Below, in pieces: positions 10,537-20,725 of a stretch of DNA of 64,000 bases. The stretch comes from Planctomycetota bacterium (GTDB lineage Bacteria; Planctomycetota; UBA8108; SXIK01). The stretch lies in the NCBI GenBank assembly GCA_965223845.1, contig CBDCXR010000004.1:4448001-4512000 (forward strand). The letters run 5' to 3'. The notes below the pieces were generated by a model. It had not been told where the DNA came from, made no database searches, and saw only the letters and a list, made by a program, of their open reading frames with translations. A program made the position numbers and the translations under genes. Within the stretch, counting starts at the first letter, position 1, and each line of letters starts with the position of its first letter.

Positions 10537-10759
10537 GCAGAATCCTCCGCGATCGGGACCATGAAGTTCGCGCCCGGGAGACCTCGCGCTCGGCGCGTTC
10601 GATGCAGTCTACTCGATCCCGGCGTCCCCACGAAGCTGCGGGCGGGCGTCGGCGGGCATCCATTCGACGCCAAGGCGCGAATGCGATTGAGCCAGCGCGA
10701 ACTGCTCGAGAATCTTGCGGGGCTTATCGAAGGGGAGTAGGAGAGCCGCGGCGATTCGA

Positions 10760-10870
10760 CTCCGCGGCGTTCACGTGGACATCGAAGCCGCCGTGGTTCG
10801 AGCGGGTTCTTGCAACCGAGTCGGCACCGTCCTCGTCCTTCGTGATGTCGAGCTCGAGAGCGCGGCACCA
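10760..10870 (-). pseudogene. Short-chain dehydrogenase-like fragment
   Basis: ALELDITKDED..SVARTRSNHGGFDVHVNAA resembles the SDR LDVT...GxxDVLVNNAG segment; no full gene present. Confidence 0.35.
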
Positions 10871-10947
10871 AGAAGCGGCGAGAGGCGATTCGAAGCGACT
10901 GTTCCGTTCCCGAAGAATCACGGTCCAATCGAACCGCCCGAGACCAC

Positions 10948-11540
10948 ATGAAATCGACGACGTCATTCGTCCCGAAGTTGTGTCTGGCGGCGATCGCCAA
11001 GGCTCTGTTGATCAGCCTTCTCACTGTAATCGCGATCACCGCACTCGAGGTCCTCTGGAGCGGGCTGCCCCCGCACCACAAATCGACCTCGATCTGTCTT
11101 CGCTGCGGTCTCGTCCGCGACATCGATTCCGCGCGAAGCCCCCGAGATCGCTACGAGAAAACTGCAATTTCACGATGGGTCGACACTCACGTGGCGAATC
11201 CGCACGAACATCGGTGGAGGGAGCGCCATTCGAGCTTCACCAGTTCGGCCTGGTTTCGACGATCGGCGTTCGACATAACTGGCTCGACGAACCGTTCTAC
11301 GACGAAATCGACATCGTCCGCTGCCTCGAAGTGCTGAGGGCTCATGACCTTCACATCGAGTGCCTTCGACTGTTCACCAACGAAGACCACGAAACCCGCG
11401 AGCAAGCTTGGAACATGGTCTAGGCGTTGATCGGGGATTCTCCGCCTCCGGACATTCCCGCGTGGTGGCGGGAGTTTCGAGAGTCCTTTCGCCCCGCGTA
11501 TTTTCCCGTTGCGAAGAAGCCCACCGAGGTTCGGGGGTAA
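10948..11540 (+). pseudogene. Disrupted hypothetical membrane-anchored protein
   Basis: TM segment and CxxC in the first frame; protein-like sequence continues in a second frame (NWLDEPFYDEIDIV...) through an in-frame TAG at 11421 to TAA at 11540. Confidence 0.4.
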
Positions 11541-11680
11541 GACGGCTCAACTCGCGTTCGTCCGGCCTGCACAGGCTCCGCACGAAACCGCGGCCAGGAT
11601 CCGGAAGGGCGGTGCGAGAGACTCTCTCCGTCGCTATGATTCAAGCCGACGCAATCGGAACGAATCGAAAGGGCAACGCC

Positions 11681-12259
11681 GTGGACGTTCTTCTCGTCGG
11701 TTACGGAACTCTCCTCCACCGAGGATCGCTCGGCCAGTCGATCGGCGGTGAGGCTGCGGACGAGAAAGACATCCTTCCCGTGCGGATCCGTGACTACCGG
11801 CGAGTGTTCAATCTCCGTCCGACGCACTACCCGTCGAGTTTCAAGCTTTCGGGTGAGGGGATCGAGAACGCCGCGATGAATGTCGAGGTATCACCGGGCG
11901 CCTTCTTCAACGCGCTCGCGTTCAAGGTGACGAGCTCCGAGCTGGACATTTTGGACGAGCGCGAGCGATACTACGAGCGTCACGTCGTGCCACTCTTCGA
12001 CTTCGGGACGGACGCTCCGATCGGCGAAGGGCACGTCTACTCCTCGGCACCGGAGGCGCGGTGGATCGAACGCGATCCGCAACGTCTCCTGCCTCTGTGG
12101 CGAGACATCGTTTGGGCGCGGACCGGTGCCTACGGGGTCGGAGAGAAGTTCGGACGAGAGTACGACGCAACGACGTATCTCGCCGATGGGCGGACACTGA
12201 TGGTCGATCGCTACCGACACGTCCTCGATCAGACGGACGACGTCGAACCACCGAGATAG
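11681..12259 (+). CDS. Gamma-glutamylcyclotransferase (GGCT/AIG2-like) family protein
   Basis: VLLVGYGTLL N-terminal motif, LDERE..YER motif; GTG start after AAAGGG. Confidence 0.75.
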   Translation: MDVLLVGYGTLLHRGSLGQSIGGEAADEKDILPVRIRDYRRVFNLRPTHYPSSFKLSGEGIENAAMNVEVSPGAFFNALAFKVTSSELDILDERERYYERHVVPLFDFGTDAPIGEGHVYSSAPEARWIERDPQRLLPLWRDIVWARTGAYGVGEKFGREYDATTYLADGRTLMVDRYRHVLDQTDDVEPPR

Positions 12260-12314
12260 TTCGTTCCTCGGGCCGTGGCGCTAAGAGGGCATCGGGCATG
12301 ACTGGGAGGGGGCC

Positions 12315-15300
12315 GTGACTCACCAAGGGCGGTTCGCGCAGCGCGAAACAAAACCTCGCGTCTTCATCAACTTCGCGTCGGAGGATCTCGAGACGGCGTC
12401 GTGGCTTTACGACCGTCTCGTCGAGGCGGACTGCGTCGTCTGGCTGGATCGGGCGGACATCCGGCCCGGAGATCTGTGGAGGAATGCCACCCTCCACGGG
12501 CTCATGAAGTACCGGATCATGCTCAGCATCGTCACGCCGAGATCTCTACGCCCGGCCCCGGACCGTCCGTGGGTTCCGTATGAGCGAGAGCAAGCGAACC
12601 GATTGTTTCGCGTCATGATTCCGCTCGTGTTCGAGGGCGATGCCTCGAAGCTCTTTTTCGGACTCGAAGAACAGGCGATCGATTTTCGCGAAGATCGCGA
12701 GCGAGCGTTTGGTGAGCTGTTGATCGAGATCGAGAAGCGCTCGTTTCGGGATGGACCGGAACTGCCCCTCGATCCGACACCCATTCGCGAAGACTTCGTC
12801 GGTCGTGAGCGCGAGCTCAGGCGAATCTACGAACAGATGCGTTGGGACGGACCCGAGCAGGGACGGGATACGACTGGCGCCGCGGGCGAGATCAAGACGA
12901 CTCGTTCCCCGATCGCCATTCAGGGAATGGGAGGGCAGGGAAAGACGATGGTCGCCGACGAGCTCGTGCGTCGGTTGAGAGTCCACTTTCCCGGCGGGGT
13001 CATCGTCGACCGCGGAGGAAGCCACTCCCCGTCGGCGGAGAACGTGCTCCGCCAGTGGGCGCGAGCGGCTTTGGGTCGTCCCCCGCCCGAAAACGGAATC
13101 AAGCCCGAAGAGCTGCGCTATCTCCTTCGAAAAAAGTACGGGGCGCTGCTCGTTCTCCTCGACGATGTGGCGGCGCACGAATTCGAACGCGCAGCGACGC
13201 TCCTTCGAGCTCTGCCGGATGATGCCGTTATTCTCATCACGACTCGTTCTCGGGCGATCGCGAGTGCACCAGGAATCCGGGCTCGTCTCTATCGCCTCGG
13301 ACGTCTGAGCGCAGGCGATGCAAAAGAACTCTGGGATGCTCAGATCCAACGCCGGAACGGAGATCGCGATCCCGGCGTCGCGGACGAGTCACTCCTCAAG
13401 CGTCTCATTGAGCTCGTGGACGGGCACCCACTGTCTCTCGACCTCATCGCCGGGCTCTGCGGGCACAATTCCCGTCTGCCGCGGCAAGTCGAAGAGCTCG
13501 AGGAGGCACTTCGCGAAGGCGATTTGGCGATCATCAGTGACGACGATGTCGATGTCGACCCCGGATCCGATCTGCGCTTCGATTCCTCACTCGACGACAT
13601 CCCGAGCGAAGAACGCGACAAGTACCGGAGCGTACAGGTGTGCTTTCGCTTGAGCTTGCGGGGATTGGCGGCGCGCGACCGTCGACGCGGTGACGACTGT
13701 GTGCGTCGATTTCGCGCCCTCGGCATCTTTCCGAGCGGGAGCTACGTATCCGAGGAGCTCGTTCTCGGCGTGTGGGGCGATGATCGCCGCACCGGACGAA
13801 AGGGTCGTCGCGCGCTGCGGGTCCTCGAAGAGCGGGAGCTTCTCCGATTCGACCCGGATCGGAATCTGTATTGGAATCATCCCCTCCTTCTTTCGTACGC
13901 TCGCGGCTTCTTGAAGCAGATCCCCATGGAATTCGAATCAACGGGTGAACGCTACGTCAAGCAAGTCACTGCGGTGGCGACCGAAGAGTTCGCGCGCCCC
14001 CCCACCGAGTGGCAGAACATCGAAGCGGTCTATTCGCCGCACCTTCATCGCGCGGGCAGCGAGCTGCGGGATTCGATCGCGGCGAAAACGAAAGACCTCG
14101 CATCGCTCTCGCAACCGCAGCGACCGACTCAGATCGCCGAACCGAGCGCGGAAGTCCGGCCTTCGCTGGAGCGCGGCGTCGCATTCGCTGCGGCGGTCCG
14201 ACCCTACGTCGATCTTCGGCGCGAGCTCGCGGAGGAAGGGCGCGATTGGCTCGAGTTGGGACTCGCCTGCGCACGATCGCTGAACGACGTCGAACATGCA
14301 CTTCTCTTCATGCGCTCGCTCGGAGCGTGGTACCAAAACCGCGATCGCGTGGAGAACAGCAAATCTACGGCGGAAGCCTACCTTCGGGAAGGGATTCGGT
14401 CAGCGACCGAAGTCGGTGACCGCGCTCAACAATCCGCGTTCTCGAGCCTGCTCGGTGAGCTTTTCCGCACGATCGGACGCGAAGACGACGCGATCGCGAA
14501 CTTCGAATCCGCCCTAGAGATCCAGGAATCGTTGGCGGATCAAACCCACGAGGCATTGACGTTGTCGCGACTCGGAGAGACCTACTGGCGGATGGGTGAG
14601 CTCGAGGTCGCGCTCAGATACCAGCAGCGCGCGCTCGCCATCTACCAGAGAACGAACGATCCGTCGGGCGAGGGAGACATCCTGAATAAGATCGGATCGG
14701 TCCATTTCAACAAGGGCGAGCATCGCGAGGCGATCCGCTACTTCGAGCAGGCGCTGAAACTCCACCGTGAGGTGGGCAATCAAAGCATGCAAGCCGAAGA
14801 CTACAACGATATGGGCGCGGCGTACCGCTATCTCAAGGATCCAAAACGCGCTCGACCGAATCTTCTCAAGGCCAAGCAGATCCACGAACGTCTCGGTCAC
14901 GGTCGGCTGCTCAGCATGACCCTCGCGAATCTCGCCGGTGTCGATCTTCTCGAGGAAAACTACGGCGAGGCTCTCGAGAAGGCGGAGGAAGCGGCAACGA
15001 TCGCACGCCAAGTCGATGCCGCCGTCCCGGAGGCCTGGGCCCTCAACTATCAGGGCATCAGTCAACGCGGACTCGGAAAGTTCGATGTCGCGCGAAGTGC
15101 ATTCGAGGCGGCGCTCGAAGTGAGTCGCACCGGCTCGAATGCGCGCGAAATCGCCGGATCGTCGGGAAACCTTGGAGAACTGCTCTGCACTGAGTTCGGC
15201 GAGACGGGTGAAGGGGTTCGGTACCTCAAGGAAGGGCTCGACGAGCTCAAGCGGAGGAATCTCGACCAAGCTTTCGGTGGCCGACGCGTCGCCGAGTTCG

Positions 15301-15329
15301 AAGCTCTGATCGAGCAGTACGACCGGTGA
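12315..15329 (+). CDS. TIR + NB-ARC (STAND) + TPR protein, NLR-like architecture
   Basis: TIR RVFINFASED..WLD..WVPYE; FVGRE; Walker A GMGGQGKT; Walker B LLVLLDDV; ILITTR; GHPL; WNHPLL; multiple C-terminal TPRs. Confidence 0.9.
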   Translation: MTHQGRFAQRETKPRVFINFASEDLETASWLYDRLVEADCVVWLDRADIRPGDLWRNATLHGLMKYRIMLSIVTPRSLRPAPDRPWVPYEREQANRLFRVMIPLVFEGDASKLFFGLEEQAIDFREDRERAFGELLIEIEKRSFRDGPELPLDPTPIREDFVGRERELRRIYEQMRWDGPEQGRDTTGAAGEIKTTRSPIAIQGMGGQGKTMVADELVRRLRVHFPGGVIVDRGGSHSPSAENVLRQWARAALGRPPPENGIKPEELRYLLRKKYGALLVLLDDVAAHEFERAATLLRALPDDAVILITTRSRAIASAPGIRARLYRLGRLSAGDAKELWDAQIQRRNGDRDPGVADESLLKRLIELVDGHPLSLDLIAGLCGHNSRLPRQVEELEEALREGDLAIISDDDVDVDPGSDLRFDSSLDDIPSEERDKYRSVQVCFRLSLRGLAARDRRRGDDCVRRFRALGIFPSGSYVSEELVLGVWGDDRRTGRKGRRALRVLEERELLRFDPDRNLYWNHPLLLSYARGFLKQIPMEFESTGERYVKQVTAVATEEFARPPTEWQNIEAVYSPHLHRAGSELRDSIAAKTKDLASLSQPQRPTQIAEPSAEVRPSLERGVAFAAAVRPYVDLRRELAEEGRDWLELGLACARSLNDVEHALLFMRSLGAWYQNRDRVENSKSTAEAYLREGIRSATEVGDRAQQSAFSSLLGELFRTIGREDDAIANFESALEIQESLADQTHEALTLSRLGETYWRMGELEVALRYQQRALAIYQRTNDPSGEGDILNKIGSVHFNKGEHREAIRYFEQALKLHREVGNQSMQAEDYNDMGAAYRYLKDPKRARPNLLKAKQIHERLGHGRLLSMTLANLAGVDLLEENYGEALEKAEEAATIARQVDAAVPEAWALNYQGISQRGLGKFDVARSAFEAALEVSRTGSNAREIAGSSGNLGELLCTEFGETGEGVRYLKEGLDELKRRNLDQAFGGRRVAEFEALIEQYDR

Positions 15330-16771
15330 GCACAGGTACGAGATCCAGTGCGGACGGGGAATCGAATCCCGTCCTCGCCGTCGTCGCGGATTCGGTGTTC
15401 GCCGGAAAGGTCTGGGACCGCGAGACGATCGACGACCTCGCCGGACGGGTTGCCGACCGACTCGCCGCGCGTGGGCTGGACGTCGGCGAATGGTCGGCCG
15501 CGGTCGCGCGGGAGCTCGAAGGACAGTCTCCGTCGGACCGAAGGCGCGCTAAGGAGCTCGTCGACAGAAACCGATCTCAGCTCGCGACGCTCGCTCCGCT
15601 TCTCTACGGTGTGACCACGCTCTACTCGATCGAGCCCGACGGCGGCCCCGATCGCGTCACCGAGGCCGCGCTTCAATTCGTGCGTTCACCGCCCGAGTCT
15701 CTTGGGCGGAGCCTTCTCCATCCGGCGTTCCTCGGCGCCGGTCGCTTGGGAGCATTACCGCCCAGAGTCTCCCTCCCGCTGACGCTCGGCACCGACGAAC
15801 GTTCACTCGCGCCGCCCGATTTCGTCGGCGTTCGCTCGAAGGGTCCGGAACGACTCCTCGCAAGACTCGATTCCGCCATGAGCGAGCAGTGGGGATTCCT
15901 CCACGAGCGCGCCGCCGTTTCGAGCTCGGAGGATCTCCCGCTCAATGTGAACACCCTCACCCGGTACGCCTACAACTCGTACGGTGTGAAGGAGATCCTC
16001 GCCGACCTCGATCACCGCGGTGTCGAAAACGCCGCCGTTCTCCTCGTCACCGGATACGAGACCCCCGTACACGAGCTCCTCTCGTCGCCTCGAGTCGGGC
16101 GCGTCGTGGTCATCGACATCGCGCGCCGCGCCTGCTCGCTCGTGGGCGAGAAGTACGCTCGCCACCCGGGGATCGCGAAGCTCTCGCTGGAGCTCGCGGA
16201 TTACTCCGGACTCGAGCCGCGATTTCAGGAGGCCGAAGCCGATCGGCTCGGGGCTCTGTGCGCGGACGGAACCGTTGTGCCCGGCGAAGCTCTCCGCGAG
16301 CACTTCGCCCGGATCGCCGAAGGCTCGCACCGGGAAGCGCTCCCCTTCGCGACGGAGGAGTTCGACGCCGTGCACCTGCCGTTCGTGATGGGATCGGTTC
16401 ACTTCGGCGCGATCACGATCGCGCTCGAGCGCTACCGAACCGCGACCCGTCGCCACGGCTTCGTCGACTACGAGGAGTTTCTGGGCGCGACGGCGCTCGA
16501 CAGCGCCGAGGCAACTCAGGCGACGATCGCGTCCCTGACACACGGATTCCGAGAGACCGACCGGATCACGAAGCGGGGCGGACTCGTCGTGGCGAACATG
16601 TGGATTCGACCGTGGGCGAGCGCGCCACACGAATTGCGTGTATCCGGTGTGCCGATCTCGCCGGAGGCGTTCGACCACCTCATGCGAGGGTACGAGCGCA
16701 AGTTTTCGGGAAACCCGCAGCCGACCCTTCCGCACACCGTCGGGCATATCTTCGAAGCACGCGTGCGCTGA
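15326..16771 (+). CDS. Protein with C-terminal class I SAM-methyltransferase-like fold and unknown N-terminus
   Basis: VLLVTG, VVVIDIA, LADYS, LPFATEEFDAV and ITKRGGLVV follow MTase motif order; GTGA overlap with the upstream gene. Confidence 0.6.
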   Translation: MSTGTRSSADGESNPVLAVVADSVFAGKVWDRETIDDLAGRVADRLAARGLDVGEWSAAVARELEGQSPSDRRRAKELVDRNRSQLATLAPLLYGVTTLYSIEPDGGPDRVTEAALQFVRSPPESLGRSLLHPAFLGAGRLGALPPRVSLPLTLGTDERSLAPPDFVGVRSKGPERLLARLDSAMSEQWGFLHERAAVSSSEDLPLNVNTLTRYAYNSYGVKEILADLDHRGVENAAVLLVTGYETPVHELLSSPRVGRVVVIDIARRACSLVGEKYARHPGIAKLSLELADYSGLEPRFQEAEADRLGALCADGTVVPGEALREHFARIAEGSHREALPFATEEFDAVHLPFVMGSVHFGAITIALERYRTATRRHGFVDYEEFLGATALDSAEATQATIASLTHGFRETDRITKRGGLVVANMWIRPWASAPHELRVSGVPISPEAFDHLMRGYERKFSGNPQPTLPHTVGHIFEARVR

Positions 16772-16877
16772 CCGCTCTCTCGGCGTCTCGCCGGCGAACG
16801 CCGGAGGTCGAGAATCGCTCCGCTAGCGAAACCGAATCATCCAGACTGCGAGCCGCTGCGAACACCGGCTCGAACCC

Positions 16878-18314
16878 TCACCGTTCCTGCACGGGCGCAT
16901 CCTCGAGCACCATTGGCGCTGAGCGGTCGAGCGTCTTCGCCGTTCGCTGCTCGCTCCCCTCGCGCTCGCCGTTTCCGAGCGTTCTCTCCGCCTGCGCGAC
17001 GAGCTTCTCGAACCGCGCGAGCACATCCGGATTCGCCGCGGAGACATCCGTCCGCTCTTTCAAGTCCGCCTTCAAGTTGACGAGCTTCCCCGGTCGTCCC
17101 TTCCCCGTTCGCTTCGGCGTAGTCCAGTTGGGATGCGTGTTTTCGAGGGGAAGGTGATACTTCCAGTCACCCGAGCGCACTGCTTGGAGCTGTCGGCGAC
17201 GATAGTAGTAGAGCGCCTCGTACGAACTCTTCGCGTTCGGCTCACCGAAGAGGAGCGGTCGAATGTCGAAGCCGTCGATCTTTCGAGCGGGGAGCGACGC
17301 CCCGGAGAGTGCGGCGAACGTCGGGAGGACATCCATCGTCGTCGCGAGCTCCGAAGCGGTCGATCCCGCCGGGATCTTTCCGGTCCAGCGGGCGAGCATC
17401 GGGACGCGCATTCCACCTTCCATCGTCGACCCCTTCGCGCCGGCGAGCGGAGCGTTCGAGCCGCCGTTTCGGCCGTTCGAACCGTTGTCCGAGGTGAAGA
17501 TGACGAGCGTCTTCTCCGCGAGCTTCAATCGATCGAGACACTCGAGGATGCGCCCGGTCGACGCGTCGATCTCCTCGACGGTGTCGCCGTAGCGCCCGTT
17601 CGCGCTCTTGCCGTGAAATTCCGGCGAGGCGAAGAGTGGCAGATGCGGAAACGTGTGCGGGAGATAGAGAAAGAAGTGCTTCGACGCGTTCGCCTCGATG
17701 AAAGCGATCGCCTCTTCGGTGTAGCGCTTCGTGAGCGTCGATTGGTCGGCCGGTGCCTCGATCACCGTCTCGCCGCGAACGAGCGGAAGCGGAGGATCAC
17801 CGCGCCGCTTCGACTGCATGTCGTTCGAGTACGGGATTCCGTAGTAGACATCGAAGCCGTGACGCGTCGGGAGGTGCTCCGGCTGATCCCCGAGGTGCCA
17901 TTTCCCGATGCACGCGGTCGCGTAGCCCTTCGACTTGAGGAGCTCGGCCACGGTCGCTTCACCTGGATCGAGACCGCGACGACTCCGTGGAATGAGCACC
18001 CAGTGCCCGGTGAAGTCCTCGTGCATCCCGACTCGCCGCGGATAGCACCCGGTGAGAAGACTCGCGCGCGACGGCGTGCAGACAGGGCTCGACGAATAGA
18101 AGTCGGTGAACCGCATCCCCTCCTTCGCGAGTCGATCGATGTGCGGCGTCCGATTCTTCGTCGAACCGTAGGCCCCGAGGTCGCCGTAGCCGAGATCGTC
18201 GCAGAAGATCACGACGAAGTTCGGTGCGGCTCCTTGAGCGCGGGTGAGGACGGCCCCGCTGAAGAGAGCTAGCGAAAGCAAAGGAAGGATCAATCGATGG
18301 CGAAGGCGATGCAT
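16878..18314 (-). CDS. Sulfatase (S1, formylglycine-dependent)
   Basis: PNFVVIFCDDLGYGD, CTPSRASLLTG, GKWHLG and FTSDNG motifs; signal peptide. Confidence 0.95.
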   Translation of the reverse strand: MHRLRHRLILPLLSLALFSGAVLTRAQGAAPNFVVIFCDDLGYGDLGAYGSTKNRTPHIDRLAKEGMRFTDFYSSSPVCTPSRASLLTGCYPRRVGMHEDFTGHWVLIPRSRRGLDPGEATVAELLKSKGYATACIGKWHLGDQPEHLPTRHGFDVYYGIPYSNDMQSKRRGDPPLPLVRGETVIEAPADQSTLTKRYTEEAIAFIEANASKHFFLYLPHTFPHLPLFASPEFHGKSANGRYGDTVEEIDASTGRILECLDRLKLAEKTLVIFTSDNGSNGRNGGSNAPLAGAKGSTMEGGMRVPMLARWTGKIPAGSTASELATTMDVLPTFAALSGASLPARKIDGFDIRPLLFGEPNAKSSYEALYYYRRRQLQAVRSGDWKYHLPLENTHPNWTTPKRTGKGRPGKLVNLKADLKERTDVSAANPDVLARFEKLVAQAERTLGNGEREGSEQRTAKTLDRSAPMVLEDAPVQER

Positions 18315-18451
18315 GGCGCTTTCCGAGGATCTGTCGTTGTAGTGGATCATTCGATGGGTTGGCCCGGACTCACGAGTTGGTGATCAGGCGAGTCTTCGGC
18401 CCGTGCTGCGAACTCGTACTCGGTCCAGATTTTTGGCGCGTCGCGCGCGCA

Positions 18452-18545
18452 TGAGTGGATCGGCGAGATACTCCACCGCGTGGTTCGCCAAAGCAACGAA
18501 GTCGCTCGCGACCTTGTCCGCGTCGAGCCGTCGATGGTCGAATCG
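18452..18545 (-). pseudogene. N-terminal remnant of a four-helix-bundle protein (23S rRNA IVP-like family)
   Basis: Translates RFDHRRLDADKVASDFVALANHAVEYL, like the family's FDHExLDVY..A..FV start; no start codon and no continuation. Confidence 0.5.
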
Positions 18546-18564
18546 GTCTACGACGCGCGCCTTC

Positions 18565-18597
18565 GGGAACGGGAACGGGAACGGGAACGTTCACGGG
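18565..18597. repeat. (GGGAAC)4 hexamer tract, family B
   Basis: GGGAAC x4 followed by GTTCACGGG. Confidence 0.8.
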
Positions 18598-18668
18598 TCA
18601 GAAACTCCAAACTTAGAGCTGTCGTTACGCCGGAGTACTCACGTACGAGTCCGGGTAAACGGAGCTCG

Positions 18669-20651
18669 CTAGCGACCGAGTCGCTCTCGCCACGCCGGAT
18701 ACGTCGATTCGAGGAGCTCCCGCGGACGCAGTCCGTACCAACTGTAGCCGCGACGGCGCTCTTCGCTGATCTCCGCGATGTCGTAGTAGACCTTGCCGTC
18801 GCGATCGCCGAAGACCGGTCGATTCGTTCCGATCTCATAGAGTCGAGACCACACCGCCGTCCCTGCGTCGTCGCCGAACACTCGTCGCATCGCATCCGAA
18901 TTCTGCTCCGTGGGCGCGAGCTTCGCCGGTCCGCCGAGCCATCGAACGGCGGCTTCGATCGATGCCACGACGTCTGAGCTCGGCGACTCGAGCGTCATGA
19001 GAAACTCGATCACCCCCACGCTCTCACTCGAGCAGAGGGAAGCCGGCTCGAACGACCTAGCCGGTCGCGGCTCGAACGTCCCTTCATCGTGCTGCTGGCC
19101 CCAAGCGGTCCGTTCGCCGTCGACGACGATCTGGCACGCGAGAATGCAGGCCACGCCCCGCTCTACGGCATCGGCCGCACGCCGCCGGAGCGACGCGTCC
19201 GCCCAGGCGAAAGGCGGGGCGCCGCGCGCAACGTCGTAGAGAACCGACAGCGCACCCACCATCGCGCCGTCGTTGAACGTGATGTGCCGCGCGTATCCGC
19301 GGGGAGATGGATAGCGCTGCGGCCATCCCCCGTTCTCGTACTGGGCCTCGAGGAGGAACTCGACGCCCAGCTCGCACCCGTGCCGAAATCGCGGCAACTC
19401 GGTCTCCGCGTACACCCGCGCAAGGTCGCGGATCTGGCGGTGAGTGACACCGTTGTCGAGAGTCGTGTCCGCGCGATCCCGCTCGAACCGGTTCTGGATC
19501 CGCGCCGCGCGATCGAGAGGCTTCGTGAAGTCTTTTCCCTTCGCGAATCCGCCCCTGGCGCGCTGGTAGGAAAGAAGAGTGTCGCCGAAACGAACCGCTC
19601 GCTTCTGTTCGGCGGTGAACCCATCGGTCTCCGTCCGGATCTCGAGCTCCGCCGTGTAAATCGAAGCGACGCCCTCGTGCGACGAGTACCACGAGACGAT
19701 TCCTTCGGTGGGCGTGATCGCGACGAAGCCCGGATAGGAATTGTCCCCGCTGCTCGGGAGCTCGGCGAATTCCTTGAGGTCGTTTCCGGCGAGCCAGCAA
19801 AGCGACGTCTTCGGCCCGCGCGGAGTTGAACGCCGACCGCCGACGATCGTTCGTCCCCCCCACCTCGCGAGGAGCGGTCCACCGATGTGACGATCGAGAT
19901 CGCGTCGTTCCCACGTCGAGTAGGGCGGATTCGATCGGAGAAGCTGCGCGGTGCCGCGCCGCCGGCCGATCCCGAGAACACTTCCCCAGCGATCGAAAAG
20001 AAACGCCGTCTCGTCGCCGGCGATTTCTTGAAACGTCGCGCGCTTTCGCCAGACGATACCGTCGTCGCTCTCGAGCATGAGCGATTCGATTTCGTTCGGC
20101 TCGCCTTTCGGCCCCACCGCGAAGCCGACTTTGCGCCGGCCGCAGAGAAAAGCCGTCCCGCCGTGGGTAGCCGCCCGCCACACGTAGTGACCGAACGTCC
20201 CGTCGAGAAGGGTCGGTTCCGACCACTTCTCCCCGTCGTCCGACCACACGCCGTAGCCGAGATGCAGGTTCAGCTCGAGGTCGCGGTTGCTCTTCGCCGG
20301 AGCGTCGCCGCTGTACCACGTTCCCGTGTAGACGAAGAGTCGATTCTTAAAGACGAGAAAGTGAGGGTCGCGCGTGTCTCGCTTCGTTACGCCGAACCGG
20401 TGAACTTGGCGCCAGGATTCAGCGTCCGGGCTCGAAAGCACGATGATCGACGCGTTCGGGCTGACGCCGTGACCATCGGGACAGGTTCGAAACGCGAGGT
20501 ACAACGCGCCCTCGAACACGGTGAGATCGGTGAACGCATTGTGCTGGCCGTCGTCGAAAACCTTGCGCACTTTGCGAACATCGACCGCCGGGGTATCGGC
20601 AATCGCAATCGCCGGAACGAGGACGGCAAGTGTGAGCAGAATCGATTTCAT
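18669..20651 (-). CDS. Sialidase/BNR-like beta-propeller fused to a pectate lyase (PL10/PelA-like)
   Basis: HNAFTDL..RDP..SDDG..GDNSYPG N-terminal half; TLDNGVT, AQYENGGWPQRYP, HITFNDGAM, WGQQHD, ARSFEP and ERRRGYSWY C-terminal half. Confidence 0.85.
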   Translation of the reverse strand: MKSILLTLAVLVPAIAIADTPAVDVRKVRKVFDDGQHNAFTDLTVFEGALYLAFRTCPDGHGVSPNASIIVLSSPDAESWRQVHRFGVTKRDTRDPHFLVFKNRLFVYTGTWYSGDAPAKSNRDLELNLHLGYGVWSDDGEKWSEPTLLDGTFGHYVWRAATHGGTAFLCGRRKVGFAVGPKGEPNEIESLMLESDDGIVWRKRATFQEIAGDETAFLFDRWGSVLGIGRRRGTAQLLRSNPPYSTWERRDLDRHIGGPLLARWGGRTIVGGRRSTPRGPKTSLCWLAGNDLKEFAELPSSGDNSYPGFVAITPTEGIVSWYSSHEGVASIYTAELEIRTETDGFTAEQKRAVRFGDTLLSYQRARGGFAKGKDFTKPLDRAARIQNRFERDRADTTLDNGVTHRQIRDLARVYAETELPRFRHGCELGVEFLLEAQYENGGWPQRYPSPRGYARHITFNDGAMVGALSVLYDVARGAPPFAWADASLRRRAADAVERGVACILACQIVVDGERTAWGQQHDEGTFEPRPARSFEPASLCSSESVGVIEFLMTLESPSSDVVASIEAAVRWLGGPAKLAPTEQNSDAMRRVFGDDAGTAVWSRLYEIGTNRPVFGDRDGKVYYDIAEISEERRRGYSWYGLRPRELLESTYPAWRERLGR

Positions 20652-20725
20652 CGCGAGAGGTTCTCGATGGCCACAAGCGAATGTCGGGAGCCCCACCCGC
20701 GCCGCTCACGCTCAGGTCGCACGAA

